Shown: piece by piece, positions 27,725 through 35,615 of the stretch | Numbering within the stretch: position 1 is the first letter of the stretch | Layout: each line of letters opens with the position of its first letter | Source of the DNA: Candidatus Saccharimonadota bacterium | GTDB taxonomy: Bacteria > Patescibacteriota > Saccharimonadia > Saccharimonadales > Saccharimonadaceae | DNA: 64,000 bases | Assembly: GCA_037141755.1 (NCBI GenBank) | Contig: JBAXBX010000002.1 | Location: 28,915-92,914, forward strand | Direction of reading: 5' to 3' | Translations under genes and position numbers: made by a program | The notes under the pieces: model-generated | The model's database searches: none | Told to the model about the DNA's origin: nothing | What the model saw: only the letters and a program-made list of their open reading frames with translations

Positions 27725-28819
27725 ATGAATAAAATATTCTTAACTTCGAAAAATGAACCTGTCACTCTACCACCTACTACCTACAAACTACCATCTACCA
27801 AACCTGGTTTCACCCATGCTTCGCCAAGGCTACGCAGGATAAAGGTAGCTTCGCCAGCCTTTACAATCGTCGAACTCCTAGTAGTCATCGTAGTCATCGG
27901 TATCCTTGCCGCTATCACAATAGTTAGCTACACTGGTATCTCTCAAAAAGCTATTGTCGCCACCCTCCAATCTGATCTAGGCAATGCTTCAAAAACAATT
28001 AAGCTATATCAAGTCGAACAAGGACAATTTCCAACTTCCTTTGATGCCAACAATTGCCCAGTCCCAGCCAATGCCAGATACTGCCTGAAAGCCAGTTCAG
28101 GTAATACTTTTGACAGGACTGCCTATGCTGCATCTGTCAACAACTCGACTAATCCTCAAACCTTTACATTGGATGTTACTAATACCAATACGACTAAATA
28201 CCGCATTACTAATAATTCAGCACCAATAGCTGTATCTGCCACACCTGAAACACTAGCCGACACAGACCCAGCTAACTGGCTAGCCATAGGAACTCAGGTC
28301 TGGGGCAAATACAACCTTAACGTCGGTACTATGGTTACTGGCGTAACTGCTCAAACTAACAACTTAATCCTAGAAAAATACTGTTCCGCCAACACTGAAT
28401 CAAACTGCACAACCTACGGTGGTCTATACCAATGGGATGAAGCCATGCAATACGTCACAACTAACGGCGCTCAAGGCATCTGTCCAACTGGATCACATAT
28501 TCCATCTGACAACGATTGGAAGGTGTTAGAGGTTCAACTCGGTATGACTCAGGTGCAAGCTGATGCGATTGCTTGGCGCGGTACTAATCAAGGCACTCAA
28601 TTGAAAAATGGCGGAACGTCGGGGTTGAATATGCCGCTTGCCGGCCTCCGCTACACCGACGGGTCCTTCGACACTCTGTCGTCGTTCGCTTACTTGTGGT
28701 CTAGTTCGGAGTCGAGCACTAGTGCTTGGGAACGTACCTTGTACTCGGGTTACGCGACGGTGTACCGTGACACGCTTGGCAAGGCGGGCGGTTTTTCGGT
28801 ACGCTGCCTAGGAAATTGA
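27725..28819 (+). CDS. DGR variable protein: type IV pilin-like N-terminus fused to a FISUMP / C-type-lectin-fold domain
   Basis: Class III signal-like A|FTIVELLVVIVVIGILAAITIVSY. FISUMP-like YGGLYQWDEAM, CPTGSHIPSDNDW and GFSVRCLGN. The last ~62 codons are the VR. Confidence 0.9.
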   Translation: MNKIFLTSKNEPVTLPPTTYKLPSTKPGFTHASPRLRRIKVASPAFTIVELLVVIVVIGILAAITIVSYTGISQKAIVATLQSDLGNASKTIKLYQVEQGQFPTSFDANNCPVPANARYCLKASSGNTFDRTAYAASVNNSTNPQTFTLDVTNTNTTKYRITNNSAPIAVSATPETLADTDPANWLAIGTQVWGKYNLNVGTMVTGVTAQTNNLILEKYCSANTESNCTTYGGLYQWDEAMQYVTTNGAQGICPTGSHIPSDNDWKVLEVQLGMTQVQADAIAWRGTNQGTQLKNGGTSGLNMPLAGLRYTDGSFDTLSSFAYLWSSSESSTSAWERTLYSGYATVYRDTLGKAGGFSVRCLGN

Positions 28820-28821
28820 TT
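28634..28821 (+). repeat. DGR variable repeat (VR)
   Basis: 188-nt ungapped match to 29424-29611. It has 21 mismatches, 20 of them opposite TR adenines. Confidence 0.92.
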
Positions 28822-28935
28822 GTTCGATTTGACTATTTGACCCTTTGACTATTTTTGTACAAAATAAATTAGATTTGGCTGTTAAATATAAAATTTCGTG
28901 ATGGTATGTTTATTAAAATAAGGTGGATAAAAAAT

Positions 28936-29334
28936 ATGACGACATATTACAATTTGCCTGTTTATAAACAAAGTTATGATTTGCTTTTAGAGATATTTAA
29001 ATTGACGAAGGAATTTAATCGGGAATATAAATATACGATTGGTGAAGAACTAAAAAAAGAGACTACTGCAATGATAATCAATATTTATCGAGCTAATAGC
29101 AGCAATAATAAAGTCGATTATATCGTTAGTGCTAGGGAAAATATTGAGGTTATTCGATTATTGATTAGGCTGCTAAAAGATTTAAAACAAATTCAAGTGG
29201 CTAGAATTGCCAGATTAAATTTAGCGATCGAGGAACTGTCGAAACAGTTAACCGGTTGGGGAAATTATTCAAAAATAAATAGTGCTAAAGGGCCAGAACC
29301 ATTCGTTGCCAAGTTGGCGAGTGGGCGCGCCTAA
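28936..29334 (+). CDS. avd: Avd-like accessory protein (four-helix-bundle family)
   Basis: 132 aa. LPVYKQSYDLLLEIFKLTKEF..EYKYTIGEELKKE is typical of the four-helix-bundle / 23S IVS protein family. AGGTGGA RBS. It is positioned between VR and TR. Confidence 0.8.
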   Translation: MTTYYNLPVYKQSYDLLLEIFKLTKEFNREYKYTIGEELKKETTAMIINIYRANSSNNKVDYIVSARENIEVIRLLIRLLKDLKQIQVARIARLNLAIEELSKQLTGWGNYSKINSAKGPEPFVAKLASGRA

Positions 29335-29349
29335 TCAATTTAGTAATCT

Positions 29350-29376
29350 CCTCGCTTAGCGAGCGAGGTCTATAAT
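29350..29376 (+). promoter_or_regulatory. hairpin (CCTCGCT-tagcg-AGCGAGG) followed by TATAAT, a possible TR-RT promoter region
   Basis: Stem at 29350-29356 / 29362-29368 and a -10-like box at 29371-29376, about 48 nt upstream of the TR. Confidence 0.35.
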
Positions 29377-29423
29377 TTACCAAAAGACATTTTCTTTTAG
29401 TAAAGAGGTATATGATTACTGTC

Positions 29424-29611
29424 CCGCTTGCCGGCAACCGCAACACCGACGGGTCCTTCAACAATCTGTCGTCGAACGCTAACTTGTGGTCTAGTTCGGA
29501 GTCGAGCACTAGTGCTTGGGAACGTAACTTGAACTCGGGTAACGCGACGGTGAACCGTAACACGAATGACAAGGCGAACGGCTTTTCGGTACGATGCCTA
29601 GAAAATTGATT
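29424..29611 (+). repeat. DGR template repeat (TR), non-coding
   Basis: The VR homolog carries AAC/AAT wherever the VR codons vary. It ends 14 nt before the RT ATG. The 65-aa ORF called here is an artefact. Confidence 0.92.
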
Positions 29612-29625
29612 AAAAAGTAAAATAT

Positions 29626-30846
29626 ATGACAGAAAAACATATACAAATTACTCACGAATATAGCCTGATTGAGGATATCTTTCAGGCTTATTATGATGCT
29701 CGTAAAAATAAACGAAATTCTAATAGTTCTTTGGGATTTGAACTTGAATATGAGAAAAACTTGGTACAACTCTTCCACGAAATTAATGAACGAAGTTACA
29801 AGCCCAGGCCTTATTCTGCATTTATTATCGAAAAACCAGTCAAAAGAGAAGTTTTTGCAAGTGAGTTTAGGGATAGAGTAGTCCATCATCTGATATTTAA
29901 TTATATTAATCCAATATTCGACCCACTTTTTATAAATGATAGTTACAGTTGTCGCGTAAATAAAGGTACTTCGTATGGTATAAAAAGAGCTGACTATTTT
30001 ATAAAGTCATGTAGCCAAAACTATAAAAAAGACGCCTACATAATGAAATTAGATGTAGAAGGTTATTTTATGTCGATTGATAAAACGATACTTTTTGAAA
30101 TTATTAAAACGCAAATTATTAAACGTCAAGACAAGTTGATTTGTGAGTTAGATTTAATATTATTTTTGGTTGAAAAGGTTATTTTTTGCGACCCAACGAA
30201 AGATTGCATAATTAAAAGTGGGCGAGAGTCGTGGCAAGGGTTGCCAAAATCAAAAAGTCTGTTCTTTTCTGGTAAAAATAAAGGTCTACCGATAGGTAAT
30301 TTGACATCTCAGCTTTTCGCAAATATTTATCTGAATGAAATTGATCAATTCATAAAACGGGAGCTAAAATTTAAATATTACGGACGATATGTGGATGATA
30401 TGATTTTTGTCGATAATGATAAAGAGCGATTAATATGGGCTATTAAAGAAATTAAAAAATATTTAGCGTCCAATTTATCATTAAAGCTTCATCCAAAGAA
30501 AATATATTTGCAGAACTCCAATAAGGGAGTTAATTTTTTAGGCGCATTTATAAAACCATATAGGATTTTAGTCGGGAAAAGAATAAAAAGTAATTTATAT
30601 CGTAAAGTGTATGAAGGACTATATATTTTGAACTATTCGAATGCTAAAATCAGTGATTTTGATAAAAATTTTGAATTTAAACAATTAATTAATTCATATT
30701 TTGGTATATTAAAACAGGCAAATTCTTATACATTCAGAAAAGGAGTCGTAGAATTAATTGTCGATATATCTAGAGGTGATTTTGTGCCAAATGATGATTT
30801 TAGTGTGATAAGTTTATGTAAAAAATATACAGTTTTGAAAGTGTGA
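29626..30846 (+). CDS. DGR-type reverse transcriptase
   Basis: LPIGNLTSQLFANIYL (DGR-type motif 4), catalytic YVDD, and an RVVHHL fingers region. 406 aa. Confidence 0.9.
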   Translation: MTEKHIQITHEYSLIEDIFQAYYDARKNKRNSNSSLGFELEYEKNLVQLFHEINERSYKPRPYSAFIIEKPVKREVFASEFRDRVVHHLIFNYINPIFDPLFINDSYSCRVNKGTSYGIKRADYFIKSCSQNYKKDAYIMKLDVEGYFMSIDKTILFEIIKTQIIKRQDKLICELDLILFLVEKVIFCDPTKDCIIKSGRESWQGLPKSKSLFFSGKNKGLPIGNLTSQLFANIYLNEIDQFIKRELKFKYYGRYVDDMIFVDNDKERLIWAIKEIKKYLASNLSLKLHPKKIYLQNSNKGVNFLGAFIKPYRILVGKRIKSNLYRKVYEGLYILNYSNAKISDFDKNFEFKQLINSYFGILKQANSYTFRKGVVELIVDISRGDFVPNDDFSVISLCKKYTVLKV

Positions 30847-30853
30847 AGGGATG

Positions 30854-30972
30854 CGTCCAACACCACTTGGTTTATTGCAAACGGATGCGAAGCGGTAGCG
30901 GAGGCCGAACGCCACGTGCTGACGAAGTCACACGTAGAGTGGCCGTTTGTATGAACTTAGTGGTGGTGGACG
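30854..30972 (+). ncRNA. GC-rich structured element downstream of the RT (candidate ncRNA, function unknown)
   Basis: Nested stems: 30854-30867 with 30959-30972 (13 of 14 bp), 30877-30884 with 30943-30950, and an inner hairpin at 30914-30935 with a GAA loop. It is markedly GC-rich compared with its surroundings. Confidence 0.35.
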
Positions 30973-31110
30973 GGAGAATAAGAAATGTATTGATTTTAAC
31001 CACCCAAGGTGTTAAGATAGTCAGGTAAACAATTTTAATGAAGCAGTTTGCGTAGATAACTCCTGGTAATTAATCGGGTACGCAAGCGAAGAAAAAGGAG
31101 TTCAAATATT

Positions 31111-31845
31111 ATGGCAGTAGATGTCGATATTAAAGCTTTACTCGAAGCTGGTGTTCATTTCGGACACAAAACGAGCAGTTGGCACCCTAAAATGGCGCCT
31201 TACATTCACAGTAAACGCCAAGACAGTCACATTATTGACTTGGTAAAGACAGTTGAAGGTTTGGAAGTGGCTTTGCCATTTTTGACCAAAGTTGTATCAA
31301 GCGGCAAAAAAGTATTATTTGTTAATACTAAAAAACACACCAAGGACATCGTTCGGGCTACAGCCGAAGCAATCAATCAGCCATTCGTAACTGATCGTTG
31401 GTTGGGTGGAACGTTAACAAACGTTTCAACTGTATCTCAACAAGTTAAAAAACTAAAAGACCTTGAAAAGCGCATGGCTTCAGGTGACTTGGAAAAACGT
31501 TATTCTAAATTAGAAGTTCAACGCTACCAAGAAGAAATCGATGATTTGAATATTAAATACGGTGGTGTCAAAGATTTAAGCGGCAAACCAGGTGCATTGT
31601 TTGTAATCGATGTTATCGGTGATATGAATGCTATCAAAGAAGCCAACACATTGGGAATTCCAGTAGTTGCGATTGTTGATACAAATGCAAATCCAACTTT
31701 GGTTGACTATGTTATCCCAGGCAATGATGATGCTATCAAAGGCGTACAATTAATCCTTGATTATGTACGTGCAGCAATTGCTGAAGGTGCCGTTTCAAAT
31801 AAAACAGTCGAAACAATCGAAAAAACTGATACAAAGGAGAATTAA
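31111..31845 (+). CDS. rpsB: 30S ribosomal protein S2
   Basis: LLEAGVHFGH start and an AAGGAG RBS. Confidence 0.95.
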   Translation: MAVDVDIKALLEAGVHFGHKTSSWHPKMAPYIHSKRQDSHIIDLVKTVEGLEVALPFLTKVVSSGKKVLFVNTKKHTKDIVRATAEAINQPFVTDRWLGGTLTNVSTVSQQVKKLKDLEKRMASGDLEKRYSKLEVQRYQEEIDDLNIKYGGVKDLSGKPGALFVIDVIGDMNAIKEANTLGIPVVAIVDTNANPTLVDYVIPGNDDAIKGVQLILDYVRAAIAEGAVSNKTVETIEKTDTKEN

Positions 31846-32448
31846 GTGATGGGCGTATCGATCGAAGATATCAAAAAGTTAAAAGAATTAAGTGGTATTG
31901 GTTTGACTGATGCTAAAACAGCATTAGTTGAAGCTGGTGGCGATTTTGATAAAGCCCTAGAAGTACTTCGCAAAAAAGGCGTTACCAAAGCCGAGAAAAA
32001 AGGCGATCGTGAAGCTCGCGAAGGACTAATTGACAGCTATGTTCATGGTGGACGCATCGGCGTTATCGTTGAAGTTAACTGTGAAACTGATTTCGTAGCC
32101 CGTACTGATGGCTTTAAGTCTTTTGCGCACGAGATTGCATTGCAAATTGCATCGATGTCACCAATTTATGTCAGTGAAGCTGATATTCCTGCGGCCGAAC
32201 TTGATCGTGTTCGCAGTGAAGCCAAAGAACGTATTGTTACTGAAGGCAAAAAACCAGCCGATATGATTGATAAAATCGTTGATGGTCAGGTTAAAAAGCA
32301 CTTTGCTGAAAAAGTTTTGATGCAACAAGAATACATCAAAAATGACAAGCAAACTGTTGAAGATTTTGTTAAAGAAAACATTGCTAAAACTGGCGAAAAC
32401 CTAATCATTCGTCAATTTAAACGAATTGAATTAGGCGTCAACGACTAA
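31846..32448 (+). CDS. tsf: translation elongation factor Ts (short form)
   Basis: UBA-like N-terminus IKKLKELSGIGLTDAKTALVEAGGDFDKALEVLRKKG. It follows rpsB. Confidence 0.9.
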   Translation: MMGVSIEDIKKLKELSGIGLTDAKTALVEAGGDFDKALEVLRKKGVTKAEKKGDREAREGLIDSYVHGGRIGVIVEVNCETDFVARTDGFKSFAHEIALQIASMSPIYVSEADIPAAELDRVRSEAKERIVTEGKKPADMIDKIVDGQVKKHFAEKVLMQQEYIKNDKQTVEDFVKENIAKTGENLIIRQFKRIELGVND

Positions 32449-32466
32449 CAATTCAGATTGATATTA

Positions 32467-32500
32467 AATGACCACGTAGAAAATACGTGGTCATTTTGTT
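32467..32500 (+). terminator. rho-independent terminator after tsf
   Basis: AATGACCACGTA-gaaaa-TACGTGGTCATT followed by TTGTT. Confidence 0.8.
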
Positions 32501-32514
32501 ACAATAGATATATT

Positions 32515-33069
32515 ATGTTTGACACAAAACCCTACGAAAGCAGATTTGAAACGGCGATTAATCATTACACCGAAGAACTTAAAAAAGTTCGTACCGGTCG
32601 GGCGCACCCAGGCCAATTAGAGGGAGTGAAGGTTGAAGTTTACGGAACTTTAATGCCGTTAAACCAGGTGGCTAATATTACAGCACCCGAGGCTCAATTG
32701 TTGCAGATTACGCCATTTGATCCGGGCAGTATTACGGCTATTAGTGCGGCGATTCGTAATGATCAAAGCCTAGGATTTAACCCTAGTGATGATGGTCGCG
32801 TAATACGCGTACCAGTACCACCACTTACCGAAGAACGACGTAAATTGTTGGTTAAACAAACTAGCGAAAAAGTTGAAGAGGCAAAAATTGCACTACGTAA
32901 TATTCGTCAAGATGCTTTGAAAGAAGCTAAACGCAAAAAAGAAGCCAAAGAATTATCCGAAGATGATGTTAAGCGTGTTGAAAAGACAATTGATAGTATT
33001 ATGGCAGCCGAGAATGCCAAAGTCGATGAATTATTTAGAACTAAAGAGAAAGATATTTTGACAATTTAA
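32515..33069 (+). CDS. frr: ribosome recycling factor
   Basis: RTGRAHP, ITPFD and IRNIRQDA motifs. The ATG at 32515 lies 9 nt after TACAAT. The track's upstream start would run through the terminator. Confidence 0.9.
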   Translation: MFDTKPYESRFETAINHYTEELKKVRTGRAHPGQLEGVKVEVYGTLMPLNQVANITAPEAQLLQITPFDPGSITAISAAIRNDQSLGFNPSDDGRVIRVPVPPLTEERRKLLVKQTSEKVEEAKIALRNIRQDALKEAKRKKEAKELSEDDVKRVEKTIDSIMAAENAKVDELFRTKEKDILTI

Positions 33070-33761
33070 TGACTGAATCTATTATTCCTAATCATATTGG
33101 CTTTATTGTTGACGGCAATCGTCGTTGGGCTAAAAAGCATGGTTTGCCAGGCTATGAAGGCCATTTGGCAGGTTATAATACCGTCCAAGATATTGTGACG
33201 GCGACTTTTGAAGCTGGTGTTAAATTTGTATCACTATATATATTTAGCACTGAAAATTGGAAGCGTAGCGAAGATGAAATTAGTCGAATTATGGGGTTAC
33301 TAATTAAATCATTAACGTCAGACTTACCGATCTTTGAAAAAAATAATATTAAACTGGATATTTTGGGGTCTCGCGAAAATTTGAGTGACCGTTTGCTAAA
33401 AGAAATTGATAACGCCGAAAAGGTAACTGCCAATAATACAACTGGTACATTGTCAATCTGTTTTAATTACGGTGGACAACTAGAAATTGTTGATGCGGTA
33501 AAAAATATCGTTAGGTCTGGCGTGTCGGCTGATGATGTTACGCCGGAATTGATTGAGAAAAATCTTTATTCACCCGAGGTGCCACCAATTGATTTGGTCG
33601 TTCGAACCAGTGGCGAACAAAGATTGTCAAATTTTATGTTGTGGCGCATAGCATATAGCGAAATTATGTTTATTGACAAATTATGGCCTGACATGACCAA
33701 AGACGACGTCATGGATATATTAACAGAGTTTAACCGACGCTCAAGGCGATTTGGGGGGTAA
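33069..33761 (+). CDS. uppS: undecaprenyl diphosphate synthase
   Basis: DGNRRWA and RTSGEQRLSNFMLW. Confidence 0.9.
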   Translation: MTESIIPNHIGFIVDGNRRWAKKHGLPGYEGHLAGYNTVQDIVTATFEAGVKFVSLYIFSTENWKRSEDEISRIMGLLIKSLTSDLPIFEKNNIKLDILGSRENLSDRLLKEIDNAEKVTANNTTGTLSICFNYGGQLEIVDAVKNIVRSGVSADDVTPELIEKNLYSPEVPPIDLVVRTSGEQRLSNFMLWRIAYSEIMFIDKLWPDMTKDDVMDILTEFNRRSRRFGG

Positions 33762-33763
33762 AT

Positions 33764-34903
33764 ATGGGTTTATTAGTCGGAATTATTATTGGGCTTTTTA
33801 TCCTAGTATTTTTGGTTGTAGTTCATGAACTTGGGCATGCTGTTATTGCTCGTCGTAATGGTGTCGTCGTAAAAGAATTTGGTATTGGTATGCCGCCACG
33901 AGCTTGGAAGAAAAAGTTGAAAAATGGCGTACTACTCACTTTAAACTGGTTACCACTGGGTGGTTTTGTTAGCCTGAAAGGCGAGTATGATGCCGCTGAT
34001 AAACCAGGTGATTATGGGGCAGCGACTTTTTGGCAAAAAACGCGGATATTATTTGCCGGCGTAGTTGCTAACTGGATTGTGGCGGTGGTATTACTGTCAA
34101 TTTTGGCATTAACTGGTTTACCAAAAGTTTTGCCAGATCAATTTACGGTAGCGGGTGATACGACGATTATTAATCAGCCAGTTATGGTTGCTGGTTTAAC
34201 GGCTGGTCATGCAGCTGAAAAAGCGGGTATAAAAACGGGCGATACGATTATCAGTTTTGCTGGCCAGCAGGTATTAACGGCCGATCGAATGATTGAACTG
34301 TCGGGACAGAATAAAGGCACAACAGTCGAAGTCGTTTATAATCGCGCTGGTGTTGAAAAAACTATTCAAGTAACTTTGGGTACGGGTGAAAATGGTGGCT
34401 ATTTTGGAGCAAGTTTAGGTCAACGTGATTTAATCAAATCAACTTGGTCGGCGCCAATTGTTGGTGTTGCAACAACAGCGCAATTTACGTGGCTAACACT
34501 ATCCAGTTTAGGTGGTATGCTTGGTAATTTGGTAAATGGCTTGGTTGCACAATTTAATCCTGATTCGGCTGTGCGTCAGCAGGCCTCAGCTGATTTGCAA
34601 TCGGTAAGTGATGGTGTATCTGGTCCGATTGGTATTTTGGGAACGATATTTCCAGCCGCTCAGCAGGCAGGGGTGACTCAATTGGTCTTTTTGACGGCAA
34701 TAATTTCGTTGTCATTAGCGGTCATGAATATCTTGCCAATTCCAGCGCTTGACGGCGGCAGATGGTTTACGATTGTTGCTTTTAAGTTGTTTAAAAAGAA
34801 ATTAACCAAAGAGCGCGAGCAAAAAATTCAAACAGTCGGTTTTTCATTATTAATGGGGCTAACATTGTTAGTTACAATCGCTGATGTTGCAAAATTATTC
34901 TAA
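33764..34903 (+). CDS. rseP: RIP metalloprotease RseP (M50) with a PDZ domain
   Basis: HELGHAV and NILPIPALDGG. Confidence 0.85.
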   Translation: MGLLVGIIIGLFILVFLVVVHELGHAVIARRNGVVVKEFGIGMPPRAWKKKLKNGVLLTLNWLPLGGFVSLKGEYDAADKPGDYGAATFWQKTRILFAGVVANWIVAVVLLSILALTGLPKVLPDQFTVAGDTTIINQPVMVAGLTAGHAAEKAGIKTGDTIISFAGQQVLTADRMIELSGQNKGTTVEVVYNRAGVEKTIQVTLGTGENGGYFGASLGQRDLIKSTWSAPIVGVATTAQFTWLTLSSLGGMLGNLVNGLVAQFNPDSAVRQQASADLQSVSDGVSGPIGILGTIFPAAQQAGVTQLVFLTAIISLSLAVMNILPIPALDGGRWFTIVAFKLFKKKLTKEREQKIQTVGFSLLMGLTLLVTIADVAKLF

Positions 34904-35615
34904 ATTGCCAAAATTCATCAAAGCCTTAGCTTTGCCGGTATGGGTTGTTGTCAGTTTTTATATGACGCAGATAATAGTTGTTGTGGCATTAAGGTTATTA
35001 ATCGCCGTTGGTGTACCAGTGATGTCGTTGAATAGCTCTGTTTTAAATGCAACGGCGGCTGCGGCTATATATTTAATAACTTTAATAATAGTAATTGGCT
35101 TGCCTTGGTTGATTAAAAAAAGAAGTACGTCATTAAAGGATATTGGTTTAACTAGATTGCCAACCTGGACGGATATATTAATGGCACCAGCTGGTTTGAT
35201 TATTTATATATTTTTATCAGCGATTTTGATATATATTACAACTCAAATCTTGCCTGGCTTTGACATTAATCAAGCTCAAGATACTGGTTTTAGCGGCATT
35301 AATCAAAGATACGAATTGATTTTGGCCTTCATTACACTGGTTGTAGTTGCGCCGATTGCCGAAGAAGTATTATTTCGTGGCTATTTGTATGGAAAAATAA
35401 AAAAATATTTGCCAATTTGGGTTGCAATACTTTTAACAAGCGTAACTTTTGGATTTTTGCATGGCGCCTGGAATTTGGGTGTTGATACGTTTGCCTTAAG
35501 TGTTATTTTATGTTTGTTGCGTGAATCAACTGGTAATATTTGGTCGTCAATTTTGCTGCATATGGCAAAAAATGGTATCGCATTCTATTTCCTGTTTATT
35601 GTCAGTTTACATTAG
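34884..35615 (+). CDS. CPBP family intramembrane glutamic endopeptidase
   Basis: EEVLFRGYL and FGFLHG motifs in a polytopic protein. Confidence 0.75.
   Translation: MLQNYSKLPKFIKALALPVWVVVSFYMTQIIVVVALRLLIAVGVPVMSLNSSVLNATAAAAIYLITLIIVIGLPWLIKKRSTSLKDIGLTRLPTWTDILMAPAGLIIYIFLSAILIYITTQILPGFDINQAQDTGFSGINQRYELILAFITLVVVAPIAEEVLFRGYLYGKIKKYLPIWVAILLTSVTFGFLHGAWNLGVDTFALSVILCLLRESTGNIWSSILLHMAKNGIAFYFLFIVSLH

Larger units (their letters stand above)
27725..30846 (+). other. diversity-generating retroelement cassette (target/VR - avd - TR - RT)
   Basis: All four canonical parts are co-oriented. See the individual features. Confidence 0.9.

Noticed and set aside
29412-29609. 65-aa ORF (MITVPLAGNRNTDGSFNN...) listed in the ORF track
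   Set aside because: It is the DGR template repeat read in the VR frame. The Asn-rich (AAC) 'protein' is a by-product of adenine-rich template codons. It has no RBS and no independent coding evidence.
30843-31028. 61-aa ORF after the RT gene
   Set aside because: It overlaps the GC-rich nested-helix element, is Arg/Gly/Val/Cys-rich unlike every other protein here, and has no RBS or -10-proximal start. I treat it as RNA structure, not CDS.
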